A stretch of DNA of 32,000 nucleotides from Vibrio alginolyticus NBRC 15630 = ATCC 17749 (GTDB taxonomy: Bacteria > Pseudomonadota > Gammaproteobacteria > Enterobacterales > Vibrionaceae): NCBI RefSeq assembly GCF_000354175.2, contig NC_022349.1, positions 1,860,001 to 1,892,000 on the forward strand, given 5' to 3'. Below the pieces are notes generated by a model that had not been told where the DNA came from, did not search any database, and was given only the letters and a program-made list of their open reading frames with translations. A program made the translations under genes and the position numbers. Below, piece by piece: positions 8,659 to 17,564 of this stretch. Numbering within the stretch: the stretch's first letter is position 1; each line of letters opens with the position of its first letter.

Positions 8659-11517
8659 ATGGAAAAGACATACAACCCAACTTCAATCGAACAAGCTCTG
8701 TATCAGACTTGGGAAGAGAAAGGCTACTTTAAGCCACACGGTGACACTACTAAAGAATCATACAGCATCATGATCCCGCCACCGAACGTCACTGGTAGCC
8801 TACACATGGGCCACGCGTTCCAAGATACGATCATGGATACGCTTATCCGTTGTGAACGTATGAAGGGTAAAAACACCCTTTGGCAAGTAGGTACTGACCA
8901 CGCTGGTATCGCAACTCAGATGGTTGTTGAGCGTAAGATCGCTGCAGAAGAAGGCAAAACAAAACACGATTACGGTCGTGAAGCTTTCATCGACAAAATC
9001 TGGGAATGGAAAGGCGAATCTGGCGGCACTATCACTAAGCAGCTTCGTCGTCTTGGCGCATCTGTAGACTGGGATCGTGAACGCTTCACGATGGACGATG
9101 GTCTATCTAACGCCGTTCAAGAAGTGTTCGTACGTCTATACGAAGACGATCTAATCTACCGCGGTAAGCGTCTAGTTAACTGGGATCCAAAGCTACACAC
9201 AGCGATTTCAGATCTAGAAGTAGAGAACAAAGACACTAAAGGCCACATGTGGCACTTCCGCTACCCACTGGCAGATGGCGCTAAAACAGCGGATGGCAAA
9301 GACTACATCGTTGTTGCAACGACTCGTCCAGAGACCGTGCTAGGCGATACGGGTGTTGCAGTTAACCCAGAAGATCTACGTTACAAAGATCTTATCGGTA
9401 AAGAAATCATCCTTCCTATCGTTGATCGTCGCATCCCAATCGTGGGCGATGAGCACGCAGATATGGAAAAAGGTACTGGCTGTGTGAAAATCACACCTGC
9501 GCACGACTTCAACGACTACGAAGTAGGTAAGCGCCACCAGCTACCAATGATCAACATTCTGACTTTCGACGCAAACATCCGTGATGCTTCTGAAGTATTC
9601 AACACCAACGGCGAAGCAAGCGACGCTTACAGCACTGAGCTACCAGCTAAATACCACGGTATGGAGCGTTTTGCCGCTCGTAAAGCTATCGTTGCTGAAT
9701 TCGACGAGCTAGGCCTACTTGAAGAAGTGAAAGATCACGATCTACAAGTTCCTTACGGCGACCGTGGTGGCGTGGTTATCGAACCAATGCTAACTGACCA
9801 ATGGTACGTACGTACTGCGCCTCTAGCGAAAACTGCAGTTGAAGCAGTAGAAAACGGCGACATCCAATTCGTTCCTAAGCAGTACGAAAACATGTACTTC
9901 TCTTGGATGCGTGACGTTCAAGACTGGTGTATCTCTCGTCAGCTATGGTGGGGTCACCGCATCCCAGCTTGGTACGACAACCAAGGTAATGTTTACGTAG
10001 GTCGCACTGAAGAAGAAGTTCGTAAGAACAACAACCTAGAGTCAGTCATTGAACTTCACCAAGACGAAGACGTACTGGATACGTGGTTCTCTTCTGCACT
10101 ATGGACGTTCGGTACTCAAGGTTGGCCAGAGCAAACTGACGATCTGAAAGTATTCCACCCTTCAGACGTTCTAGTAACTGGTTTCGACATCATCTTCTTC
10201 TGGGTTGCGCGCATGATCATGATGACCATGCACTTCGTGAAAGACGAAAACGGCAAGCCACAAGTACCATTTAAAACGGTTTACGTTACTGGTCTAATCC
10301 GTGACGAAAACGGCGACAAGATGTCGAAGTCGAAAGGTAACGTACTTGACCCAATCGACATGATCGATGGTATCGACCTAGAGTCTCTCGTAGAGAAGCG
10401 TTGTGGCAACATGATGCAACCTCAGCTAGCGAAGAAGATCGAGAAGAACACTCGTAAGACGTTTGAAAACGGTATCGAAGCATACGGTACAGACGCACTA
10501 CGTTTCACTCTTGCAGCAATGGCATCAACAGGTCGTGATATCAACTGGGATATGAAGCGTCTTGAGGGTTACCGTAACTTCTGTAACAAACTATGGAACG
10601 CAAGCCGTTACGTAATGATGAACACAGAAGAGCAAGATTGTGGCTTCAACGGTGGTGAGATTGAATACTCACTAGCAGACAAATGGATCGAGTCTCAGTT
10701 TGAACTTGCAGCGAAAGCGTTCAACAACCATATCGACAACTTCCGTCTAGATATGGCTGCGAACACGCTTTACGAATTCATCTGGAACCAATTCTGTGAC
10801 TGGTACCTAGAGCTAACTAAACCCGTTCTATGGAAAGGTACTGAAGCGCAACAGCGTGGTACTCGCCGTACACTCATCACGGTACTTGAGAAGACTCTAC
10901 GTCTGGCTCATCCTGTGATTCCTTACATCACTGAAACTATCTGGCAAAGCATCAAGCCACTAGTTGAAGGTGTAGAAGGTGAGACAATCATGCTTCAAGC
11001 ACTGCCTCAATTCGACGAAGCAAACTTCAACCAAGAAGCGCTAGATGATATCGAATGGGTGAAGGCGTTCATTACCAGCATCCGTAACCTACGTGCTGAA
11101 TACGACATCAACCCTGGTAAGCCGCTTGACGTTATGCTGAAAGCAGCAAATGCAGAAGATGCCTCTCGTCTAGAAGCAAGCAAGCAAGTACTGATGTCAC
11201 TAGCGAAGCTAGAAGCAGTACGCGTGCTTGAAGCTGGCGAACAAACTCCTGCATGTGCGACAGCACTGGTTGGCAAGTCTGAGCTGATGATCCCAATGGC
11301 AGGTCTGATCGACAAAGATGCTGAGCTTGCTCGTCTAGATGGCGAAATCAAGAAGACTCACGGCGAAATCAAGCGTATCGAAGGCAAACTAGGTAACGAA
11401 GGCTTCGTAGCGAAAGCACCTGAAGCAGTTGTTGCTAAAGAGCGTGAGAAACTTGAAGGCTACAAAGAGACGCTAGCTAAGCTAGAAGAGCAGAAGACAA
11501 CGATCGCTGCACTTTAA
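8659..11517 (+). CDS. valS: Valine--tRNA ligase
   Basis: 952 aa with the class I HIGH motif ([12 protein letters not shown]), KMSKS, and a C-terminal coiled-coil. Confidence 0.97.
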   Translation: MEKTYNPTSIEQALYQTWEEKGYFKPHGDTTKESYSIMIPPPNVTGSLHMGHAFQDTIMDTLIRCERMKGKNTLWQVGTDHAGIATQMVVERKIAAEEGKTKHDYGREAFIDKIWEWKGESGGTITKQLRRLGASVDWDRERFTMDDGLSNAVQEVFVRLYEDDLIYRGKRLVNWDPKLHTAISDLEVENKDTKGHMWHFRYPLADGAKTADGKDYIVVATTRPETVLGDTGVAVNPEDLRYKDLIGKEIILPIVDRRIPIVGDEHADMEKGTGCVKITPAHDFNDYEVGKRHQLPMINILTFDANIRDASEVFNTNGEASDAYSTELPAKYHGMERFAARKAIVAEFDELGLLEEVKDHDLQVPYGDRGGVVIEPMLTDQWYVRTAPLAKTAVEAVENGDIQFVPKQYENMYFSWMRDVQDWCISRQLWWGHRIPAWYDNQGNVYVGRTEEEVRKNNNLESVIELHQDEDVLDTWFSSALWTFGTQGWPEQTDDLKVFHPSDVLVTGFDIIFFWVARMIMMTMHFVKDENGKPQVPFKTVYVTGLIRDENGDKMSKSKGNVLDPIDMIDGIDLESLVEKRCGNMMQPQLAKKIEKNTRKTFENGIEAYGTDALRFTLAAMASTGRDINWDMKRLEGYRNFCNKLWNASRYVMMNTEEQDCGFNGGEIEYSLADKWIESQFELAAKAFNNHIDNFRLDMAANTLYEFIWNQFCDWYLELTKPVLWKGTEAQQRGTRRTLITVLEKTLRLAHPVIPYITETIWQSIKPLVEGVEGETIMLQALPQFDEANFNQEALDDIEWVKAFITSIRNLRAEYDINPGKPLDVMLKAANAEDASRLEASKQVLMSLAKLEAVRVLEAGEQTPACATALVGKSELMIPMAGLIDKDAELARLDGEIKKTHGEIKRIEGKLGNEGFVAKAPEAVVAKEREKLEGYKETLAKLEEQKTTIAAL

Positions 11518-11544
11518 TCGCTAAAGGCTAGAGTAAAAGAATCA

Positions 11545-11577
11545 AAGGGTTGGTGTGAAAGCATCAACCCTTTTTGC
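11545..11577 (+). terminator. Intrinsic terminator after valS
   Basis: AAGGGTTGGTG-TGAAAG-CATCAACCCTT (one G-U) followed by TTTTT. Confidence 0.6.
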
Positions 11578-11680
11578 ATTTATCACTCGGAAAGCTTTCA
11601 AAGATATTCGCTCTTCTCTCCTACTTCCACTCCTATTTAATAGTTTTTACCTATCAAACTAATCTTAACTGCCCATTAGA

Positions 11681-11699
11681 TTTAATGATAATAATTCTC
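11681..11699. promoter_or_regulatory. Fur-box-like sequence upstream of the DUF2061 gene
   Basis: TTTAATGATAATAATTCTC matches the 19-bp Fur consensus GATAATGATAATCATTATC at 15 of 19 positions by my manual alignment. It lies 44 bp upstream of the start codon. Confidence 0.3.
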
Positions 11700-11742
11700 A
11701 ATAATAGACCTATCGAAACAACACAACGATTGAGTAATTATC

Positions 11743-12147
11743 ATGAAAAAGACACTAACCTTTGCAGCACTCCATTTTACTATCGCGTTTAGTGTCGCTT
11801 ACGTGCTTACTGGCGACATTCTAATTGGTAGTTTAATTGCCATGATTGAGCCTTCAGTGAACACCGTAGCCTTCTACTTTCATGAAAAGGCATGGGCAAA
11901 AGTCCCAGCACTTAAAGCTCGTCAGTGGATGACCAAATTAAAAACCGCAAGCTTTGCGACCGTGCACTTCAGCGTCGCTTTTACCGTGGTTTACTTACTA
12001 ACAGGTGATGCATTTGTCGGCGGCGTAATGGCGATGCTAGAGCCGAGTTTGAACACGGTGGCTTACTACTTCCACGAGAAAGTATGGATGCGTAAATCAT
12101 CAGAAAAAGCTCCAGCACCGCAGTTTTGTTTACATCACCACGCTTAA
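11743..12147 (+). CDS. Small membrane protein with two tandem DUF2061-like repeats
   Basis: 134 aa. Residues ~2-53 and ~65-116 align with about 30 of 52 identities (shared ..HF..AF.V.Y.LTGD...G...AM.EPS.NTVA.YFHEK.W). The C-terminus is CLHHHA. Confidence 0.8.
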   Translation: MKKTLTFAALHFTIAFSVAYVLTGDILIGSLIAMIEPSVNTVAFYFHEKAWAKVPALKARQWMTKLKTASFATVHFSVAFTVVYLLTGDAFVGGVMAMLEPSLNTVAYYFHEKVWMRKSSEKAPAPQFCLHHHA

Positions 12148-12203
12148 ACATGGAGGCTCACTACGTCTCCTAACAAGAAAAATGACATTTACCATTGACA
12201 AGG

Positions 12204-12250
12204 TTGCGTACCGCAATTAATTTAATTGCGGTGCGCAACTTTATTTTTAG
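12204..12250 (+). terminator. 35-bp near-perfect palindrome plus T-tract: terminator of the DUF2061 gene and/or operator of the MarR-GNAT gene
   Basis: TTGCGTACCGCAATTAA-T-TTAATTGCGGTGCGCAA (12204-12238) pairs at 16 of 17 positions, and the exception is a G-T. CTTTATTTTT follows. A perfect TTGACA lies at 12195-12200. Confidence 0.45.
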
Positions 12251-12262
12251 AGGTAAGTGATA

Positions 12263-13168
12263 ATGAACGCTCGTCAACTTCGACACTACTCCCGTCAAGC
12301 CGTCCGATTGCTTGGTATGCTTGATAAACAATGCGGCGATGTCGCTCTCACTCCAGTGCAAGCGCACGCATTGGGTGAAATCCAATTGCAGCCATTGACC
12401 ATCAATCAGCTGGCACAGCAGCTTAATGTCGACAAGTCCAACGCGAGCCGAACCGTTACTGGTTTGATTAAATTAGGTTTGGTCGAGAGCATCGAAAACC
12501 CAAAAGACAAACGTAGTCAACTCGTAGCGATTACAGAGCAAGGCCAACAGGCGTTATCACAACTGGACCAACAGCAAAACCACTTCTTTGAACAACTGCT
12601 TACCCAACTCGATGACAGCGAGCAAGAGCAACTCAAACTTGGTCTAGAGACTTACCTAAAAGGGCTAACAAAAGTGTGTCAGTCTGAGGAATACGTTCTT
12701 CGACCTCTTACTAAAGCAGACAACCCGCAAGTCGCAGATGTGATTCGTAAAGTCTCTGCAGAATACGGCTTAACCGCAGACAAAGGTTATGGTGTGGCCG
12801 ATCCAACGCTTGATGATATGTATTCGGTTTACAATCAATGCGGGGCCGCCTATTGGGTCATTGAACATCGCGGAGAGATCGTTGGTGGCGGTGGCTTTGC
12901 CCCTTTAGCTGGCGAGCCAAATGTGTGTGAACTACAAAAGATGTACTTCTTACCTCAAACACGAGGACACGGTTTAGCCAAACGCATCGTCGCATTGAGC
13001 TTACAATTGGCGAAACAATTTGGGTATCAGCAGTGCTATTTAGAGACAACTGAATGTCTGAGAGAAGCGGTAAGCTTGTATGAAAAGCTAGGCTTTGAGC
13101 ATCTCGATGCCCCGCTTGGACAAACAGGGCATGATGCATGTGAAGTCGTAATGCTTAAGATGCTGTAA
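12263..13168 (+). CDS. Bifunctional MarR-type HTH regulator / GNAT family N-acetyltransferase fusion
   Basis: The N-terminal ~140 aa resemble a MarR winged helix ([31 protein letters not shown]...DKR). The C-terminal ~150 aa carry GNAT motif A ([12 protein letters not shown]). The ATG at 12263 is preferred over the tracked GTG at 12257 because AGAGGTAAG lies upstream. Confidence 0.82.
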   Translation: MNARQLRHYSRQAVRLLGMLDKQCGDVALTPVQAHALGEIQLQPLTINQLAQQLNVDKSNASRTVTGLIKLGLVESIENPKDKRSQLVAITEQGQQALSQLDQQQNHFFEQLLTQLDDSEQEQLKLGLETYLKGLTKVCQSEEYVLRPLTKADNPQVADVIRKVSAEYGLTADKGYGVADPTLDDMYSVYNQCGAAYWVIEHRGEIVGGGGFAPLAGEPNVCELQKMYFLPQTRGHGLAKRIVALSLQLAKQFGYQQCYLETTECLREAVSLYEKLGFEHLDAPLGQTGHDACEVVMLKML

Positions 13169-13187
13169 TAGATAATATTATTAGACG

Positions 13188-13994
13188 TTAAAGCACAACA
13201 TGGGTAACACAAAGCTCCTGGCTCAAGGCAACAGTGAAGTTTTGGTGCTGCCCATCCAACTCAACAGACAACTGGTAGAGATCACTTGGATCAGGATCAG
13301 TAAGATCGGCATACTTTGGCGCTTCGATCTGGAATAAAGCGCTCGCATGCTCCGCTCGGACATCAATAGGAATATGGTAAGTCATGCCATTGAACTTAAC
13401 CGATGCCGATACTAAACCCGGCGCAAAAGTTTGGTAGTACAAATCCACCTTAAACTCACAACCACCACCGTGGTGCCAAATCTGTTCAGTAGCCACGCGG
13501 TCTAAACGCACATTGCGAATAAACTGCAGATACGGCTCTTGCCATACCCCTAAGCGCTCGTCACTCTTTTGGTATTCATGATCTGCAAGTGAACACAACT
13601 CCGGTTTATCCTCATCCAACAGAAGATCTTCTTCTTCCTCAAGGAATAGGATCTCAAAACGGTTGCGCCCCATCTGCATGAACGGGCGAATGTCTTTCTT
13701 GTAGACATTTTGAGAACCGTCACAGTCAAACAATGCTACTCCGTTCAAACGCACTTCTGCATGGTAATCCACACCACCCAACACCATTTCTACCGCTGGG
13801 AATGCCATCATGGATTCATCCACTTCAATGTCATGCATCAGGTGCCACTCTTGCTGACGAATTGCTTCTTCTGTCATTTCAACTGGCAATACCTGACTCA
13901 AAGGAGCAGGGAAAGTAATGTCATCCTGTGGGATAGAAAGGTCCGTCAGTGGAGAGACTTGCCATAAACCGGCGAGTGAGAGTTGCATATACAC
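13188..13994 (-). CDS. Hypothetical protein resembling the N-terminal sugar-binding jelly-roll plus Ig-like domains of GH2 glycosidases, with no catalytic TIM barrel
   Basis: 266-268 aa. The pattern VEMVLGGVDYHAEVRLNGVALF...DIRPFMQMGRNRFEILF, and then LGVWQEPYLQF, resembles the GH2 N-terminal and beta-sandwich motifs (L.F.GVD..A.V.LNG...DIT..L..G.N.L.V and GIWR.V.L). The ORF ends 19 bp from the convergent MarR-GNAT stop. The start could be GTG 13994 or ATG 13988. Confidence 0.7.
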   Translation of the reverse strand: MYMQLSLAGLWQVSPLTDLSIPQDDITFPAPLSQVLPVEMTEEAIRQQEWHLMHDIEVDESMMAFPAVEMVLGGVDYHAEVRLNGVALFDCDGSQNVYKKDIRPFMQMGRNRFEILFLEEEEDLLLDEDKPELCSLADHEYQKSDERLGVWQEPYLQFIRNVRLDRVATEQIWHHGGGCEFKVDLYYQTFAPGLVSASVKFNGMTYHIPIDVRAEHASALFQIEAPKYADLTDPDPSDLYQLSVELDGQHQNFTVALSQELCVTHVVL

Positions 13995-14018
13995 CTTGAG
14001 CTAGATCAATTTTCACGC

Positions 14019-14048
14019 ATTATAGGGAGAAATCCCCTATAAACTCAA
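14019..14048 (-). promoter_or_regulatory. Candidate promoter of the GH2-like gene with an embedded inverted repeat
   Basis: On the minus strand, TTGAGT (14043-14048) is followed by an 18-nt spacer and TATAAT (14019-14024). The 8-bp arms TTATAGGG/CCCTATAA (14020-14027 and 14035-14042) span the spacer and the -10 box. Confidence 0.3.
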
Positions 14049-14093
14049 TGTGAATTATTTATCGCCTCCACATTCGTCAGTTTTTCAAGGTAT

Positions 14094-14123
14094 AAAAAAA
14101 CCAGCGTTAAACGCTGGTTTTTC
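14094..14123. terminator. Bidirectional intrinsic terminator downstream of rraB
   Basis: CCAGCGT-TAA-ACGCTGG is flanked by A7 on the left and T5 on the right. Confidence 0.6.
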
Positions 14124-14142
14124 CAAAAGTAGTGAGCTTTGA

Positions 14143-14556
14143 TTACTCGTCGTCTTCATCTTCTTCAGGGTAAAGCGCATCTTCGCCTTCGTAGTACGTA
14201 CCCCAACCGTCATAGATGATGTCGTATTTTTCTGCCAAGTGAATCAATTTTTCAACTTGCGCATCAATCGCTTCTGCATCTAGTGCGGACTCCATAGTCG
14301 CATCACAGCAAAGCAACTTGTTACCATCTTCATCTTCAGTTTCTTCTGCTTCAAGAACTTCAAAGCCCATCTTGAATGCTTCAACTACCGCTTTTTCTAG
14401 CGTGTCAAAATCTTCTGCAAACAGGTGGTGCTCAATTTCGTATAGCGAATCTGGATCGCTGCCATCTTCTAGCAATGCTGCAATGATATCGCGAGTCTCT
14501 TCCTTTTGAATCTCAATTAATTCTTCTACTGATAGATATTCATCTTCGTGAGACAT
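14143..14556 (-). CDS. rraB: Ribonuclease E inhibitor RraB
   Basis: 137 aa and highly acidic. [26 protein letters not shown]...YDGWGTYYE parallels E. coli RraB ([26 protein letters not shown]...YDGWGTYFE). It lies next to the OTC gene as in E. coli. Confidence 0.92.
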   Translation of the reverse strand: MSHEDEYLSVEELIEIQKEETRDIIAALLEDGSDPDSLYEIEHHLFAEDFDTLEKAVVEAFKMGFEVLEAEETEDEDGNKLLCCDATMESALDAEAIDAQVEKLIHLAEKYDIIYDGWGTYYEGEDALYPEEDEDDE

Positions 14557-14889
14557 GTTTTGGCTCCAGATTAGTTACTTGATGGAAACACAATACCCGA
14601 TACTGAGTATGCTGATCCGGTGAAATATGGCATGGATTGCGATGAAAAGCCACAAACAAACATCATACCACTGCGATTCTTATCGGTTATTTGAATCTAA
14701 ATATTAAACCGACCACACAAAGAAACAAAAAATTAACAAAGAATGGCGTTTTTTAATATTCAGAACATCCTAATTGACACTTAATGTGGTTATTTTCTCT
14801 TTCTATGCGTGTTTATGATGCTTTCTTGAATACACTCACGTGTAAAACAAAGATGCATAACGAATAAATTCACTTTAATAATGCATAAT

Positions 14890-14964
14890 TTAGAATAAAA
14901 ATGCACGTTTTATGCACTGTGCATGTATTCTTTCTCAACGGGAAAATTAGAATAAAAACGCACG
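14890..14964. promoter_or_regulatory. Repeated 18-nt motif in the arcA leader, each copy containing an ARG-box-like core
   Basis: TTAGAATAAAAATGCACG (14890-14907) and TTAGAATAAAAACGCACG (14947-14964) are identical at 17 of 18 positions. The cores AGAATAAAAATGCA and AGAATAAAAACGCA match TGMATWWWWATKCA at 13/14 and 12/14. ATGCAC/TGCAT repeats lie between the two copies. Confidence 0.3.
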
Positions 14965-15139
14965 CACTCTAATTTTAGTAAAATAGCATTTATATCTAAT
15001 AATAAATTTAATAAGAATCAAAATAAAAATAAAAAACTTACAAAGTCAAAAGCATCAGAATATAAACAAAGCTTGATAACTTGCATCTTTCTAGGAAGCT
15101 TGTCATAACTAATGGCTGGAAAATTTGTAAGGATACAAA

Positions 15140-16360
15140 ATGAGCAAGCTGTACGTTGGATCAGAAGTTGGTCAACTTCGACGAGTTCTATTAAATCGCC
15201 CTGAACGCGCCCTAACCCACTTAACTCCGTCAAACTGTCATGAGTTGCTATTTGATGACGTTCTTGCTGTAGAAGCGGCAGGTGAAGAGCACGATGCATT
15301 CGCACGTACGCTGCGCGAGCAAGACGTTGAAGTGCTTCTCCTCCACGATTTACTGGTCGAAACCCTCGCTGTTCCAGAAGCAAAACAATGGCTGCTGAAC
15401 ACTCAGATTTCTGACTTTCGCTACGGGCCAACATTTGCGCGAGACCTACGCCAATACTTTTCAGAAATGGATGATGAACATCTTGCCTGCATCTTTTTAG
15501 GTGGCTTAGCTTACTCAGAGCTACCGATCTCCTCATCTTCTATGCTGCCAAAAATGAAGCGTCCTCTCGACTTTGTTATTGAGCCACTGCCTAATCACCT
15601 CTTTACTCGTGATACCTCATGTTGGGTTTATGGCGGCGTTTCTCTTAACCCGATGATGATGCCTGCACGTCAACGTGAAACAAACCACCTACGTGCTATT
15701 TATCGTTGGCACCCAATTTTTGCTGGCCAAGATTTTATCAAATACTTCGGTGACGATGATCTGCATTATGATAATGCGAATGTCGAAGGCGGTGATGTGT
15801 TGGTTATTGGTAAAGGTGCAGTTCTTATCGGTATGTCTGAGCGTACGACTGCGCAAGGTGTAGAGAACCTTGCAGCGAGCCTATTTAAAGCAGGCCAAGC
15901 TACCGAGGTGATTGCAATTGATCTGCCTAAACACCGCTCATGTATGCATTTAGACACTGTGATGACCCATATGGATGTAGATACTTTCTCTGTCTACCCA
16001 GAAATCATGCGCAAAGATCTCGACACATGGCGCTTAACACCAAAAGGCAACGGTGAAATGCATGTTGAAGCCTCACATAACTATCTGCACGCGATTGAGT
16101 CCGCTCTTGGCTTAGATCAGCTGAAAATCATCACCACTGGTGGCGACAGCTATGAAGCGGAACGCGAACAATGGAATGATGCCAATAACGTTCTAACTGT
16201 AAAACCGGGCGTAGTAATTGGTTACGAACGCAACGTATACACCAACGAAAAATACGATAAAGCTGGCATCAAAGTACTGACAGTACCTGGTAACGAGCTT
16301 GGTCGTGGTCGCGGTGGCGCTCGCTGTATGAGCTGTCCAATAGAACGAGACGATATATAA
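15140..16360 (+). CDS. arcA: Arginine deiminase
   Basis: 406 aa. It shares conserved blocks with Pseudomonas ArcA: [40 protein letters not shown], and the catalytic-Cys region [13 protein letters not shown]. Confidence 0.95.
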   Translation: MSKLYVGSEVGQLRRVLLNRPERALTHLTPSNCHELLFDDVLAVEAAGEEHDAFARTLREQDVEVLLLHDLLVETLAVPEAKQWLLNTQISDFRYGPTFARDLRQYFSEMDDEHLACIFLGGLAYSELPISSSSMLPKMKRPLDFVIEPLPNHLFTRDTSCWVYGGVSLNPMMMPARQRETNHLRAIYRWHPIFAGQDFIKYFGDDDLHYDNANVEGGDVLVIGKGAVLIGMSERTTAQGVENLAASLFKAGQATEVIAIDLPKHRSCMHLDTVMTHMDVDTFSVYPEIMRKDLDTWRLTPKGNGEMHVEASHNYLHAIESALGLDQLKIITTGGDSYEAEREQWNDANNVLTVKPGVVIGYERNVYTNEKYDKAGIKVLTVPGNELGRGRGGARCMSCPIERDDI

Positions 16361-16395
16361 CTTACTCGTCCCTTTACATTAGGTGAATCAAAACT

Positions 16396-16426
16396 AAGGT
16401 TGATGTGAATACATCAACCTTTTTTA
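16396..16426 (+). terminator. Intrinsic terminator after arcA
   Basis: A perfect 11-bp stem AAGGTTGATGT-GAAT-ACATCAACCTT followed by TTTTT. Confidence 0.7.
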
Positions 16427-16434
16427 GCTTTAAT

Positions 16435-16473
16435 TAAAAATAATTATTCACAATAAAAGCATTTATATGTTTT
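16435..16473. promoter_or_regulatory. Candidate pair of ARG boxes (ArgR operator) upstream of the OTC gene
   Basis: The cores AAAATAATTATTCA (16437-16450, 12/14) and AGCATTTATATGTT (16458-16471, 11/14) match TGMATWWWWATKCA. Their starts are 21 bp apart, the phasing of E. coli arg operators. Confidence 0.3.
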
Positions 16474-16516
16474 AATGGATTCTATTAATCTAATCACATG
16501 TACTAAGGGACGAGCT

Positions 16517-17521
16517 ATGGCTTTCAATTTACGTAACCGCAACTTTTTGAAGCTATTGGACTTCTCAACCAAAGAAATCCAGTTTTTGCTCGAACTGTCT
16601 GCAGAGCTGAAAAAAGCTAAATATGCAGGAACAGAGCAGAAGAAACTTCAAGGTAAAAACATCGCACTAATCTTTGAGAAATCTTCGACTCGTACCCGAT
16701 GTTCGTTTGAAGTCGCTGCCTTTGACCAAGGTGCTCAAGTCTCTTACATCGGCCCTTCTGGCTCGCAGATCGGTCATAAGGAATCGATGAAAGACACCGC
16801 TCGCGTCCTTGGTCGTATGTATGACGGGATTGAATACCGAGGCTTTGGCCAATCCATTGTTGAAGAGCTTGGTACTTATGCTGGTGTTCCAGTGTGGAAT
16901 GGTTTAACGGATGAGTTCCACCCAACCCAGATCCTTGCTGACTTCCTGACCATGCAAGAGCACGGCCGTGGTAAACAGCTACATGAAGTAACCTTCGCTT
17001 ACCTAGGTGATGCGCGCAACAACATGGGTAACTCACTTATGGTGGGCGCAGCGAAAATGGGCATGGATATTCGCCTTGTCGCGCCAAAAGCGTTCTGGCC
17101 TGAAGAAGATCTCGTGGCAACTTGTCAAACTATCGCGCAACAAACCGGTGCAAAAATCACGTTAACAGAAAGCGTTGAGGAAGGTGTGAAAGGTTGTGAC
17201 TTCCTATACACCGACGTTTGGGTGTCTATGGGTGAGTCTGCCGAGGCATGGGATGAACGTGTAGCGTTAATGACACCTTATCAAATCAATATGGACGTGA
17301 TTAAGCAAACGGGTAATCCACATGTGAAATTCATGCACTGCCTTCCAGCTTTCCACAATGATGAAACCACCGTCGGCAAAGAAGTCGCTGAAAAATACGG
17401 TATGAAAGGCCTTGAAGTAACAGAAGAGGTATTTGAATCGGAATACTCCATCGTATTCGACGAAGCTGAAAACCGTATGCATACCATCAAAGCCGTGATG
17501 GTTGCGACGCTAGGAAGCTAA
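16517..17521 (+). CDS. argF: Ornithine carbamoyltransferase
   Basis: 334 aa from the ATG at 16517 ([16 protein letters not shown]...), with AAGGGA as RBS. Motifs [13 protein letters not shown] and HCLPAFH are present. It is near-collinear with E. coli ArgI. Confidence 0.93.
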   Translation: MAFNLRNRNFLKLLDFSTKEIQFLLELSAELKKAKYAGTEQKKLQGKNIALIFEKSSTRTRCSFEVAAFDQGAQVSYIGPSGSQIGHKESMKDTARVLGRMYDGIEYRGFGQSIVEELGTYAGVPVWNGLTDEFHPTQILADFLTMQEHGRGKQLHEVTFAYLGDARNNMGNSLMVGAAKMGMDIRLVAPKAFWPEEDLVATCQTIAQQTGAKITLTESVEEGVKGCDFLYTDVWVSMGESAEAWDERVALMTPYQINMDVIKQTGNPHVKFMHCLPAFHNDETTVGKEVAEKYGMKGLEVTEEVFESEYSIVFDEAENRMHTIKAVMVATLGS

Positions 17522-17564
17522 ACCAGCGCGCAAAAACAGCCGATAAAAACCATGATGTAATCGC

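Noticed and set aside
11007-11351. A 114-aa Ser/Ala-rich minus-strand ORF inside valS.
   Set aside because: It is the antisense shadow of the valS coiled-coil region, where codon bias produces the open frame.
14627-14707. A 26-aa ORF (MAWIAMKSHKQTSYHCDSYRLFESKY) in the rraB-arcA intergenic region.
   Set aside because: It has a weak and badly spaced Shine-Dalgarno sequence, no conservation evidence is available, and the length fits chance in 580 bp.
14854-14895. Additional ARG-box candidates (TGCATAACGAATAA, CGAATAAATTCAC, TGCATAATTTAGAA) upstream of arcA.
   Set aside because: Half-site spacing or second half-sites do not fit TGMAT-W4-ATKCA, and such matches are expected by chance in AT-rich DNA.
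15073-15086. A possible FNR/ANR box (TTGATAACTTGCAT) upstream of arcA.
   Set aside because: Only the left half-site matches TTGAT-N4-ATCAA. The right half (TGCAT) does not. It is mentioned only as part of the repeat-rich leader.
15018-15536. A 172-aa minus-strand ORF overlapping the arcA start.
   Set aside because: It is antisense to a strongly supported arcA reading frame. It has no recognisable motifs and begins inside the A/T tract. It is a shadow ORF.
16617-17036. A 139-aa minus-strand ORF inside the OTC gene.
   Set aside because: It is antisense to argF and has no motif support.
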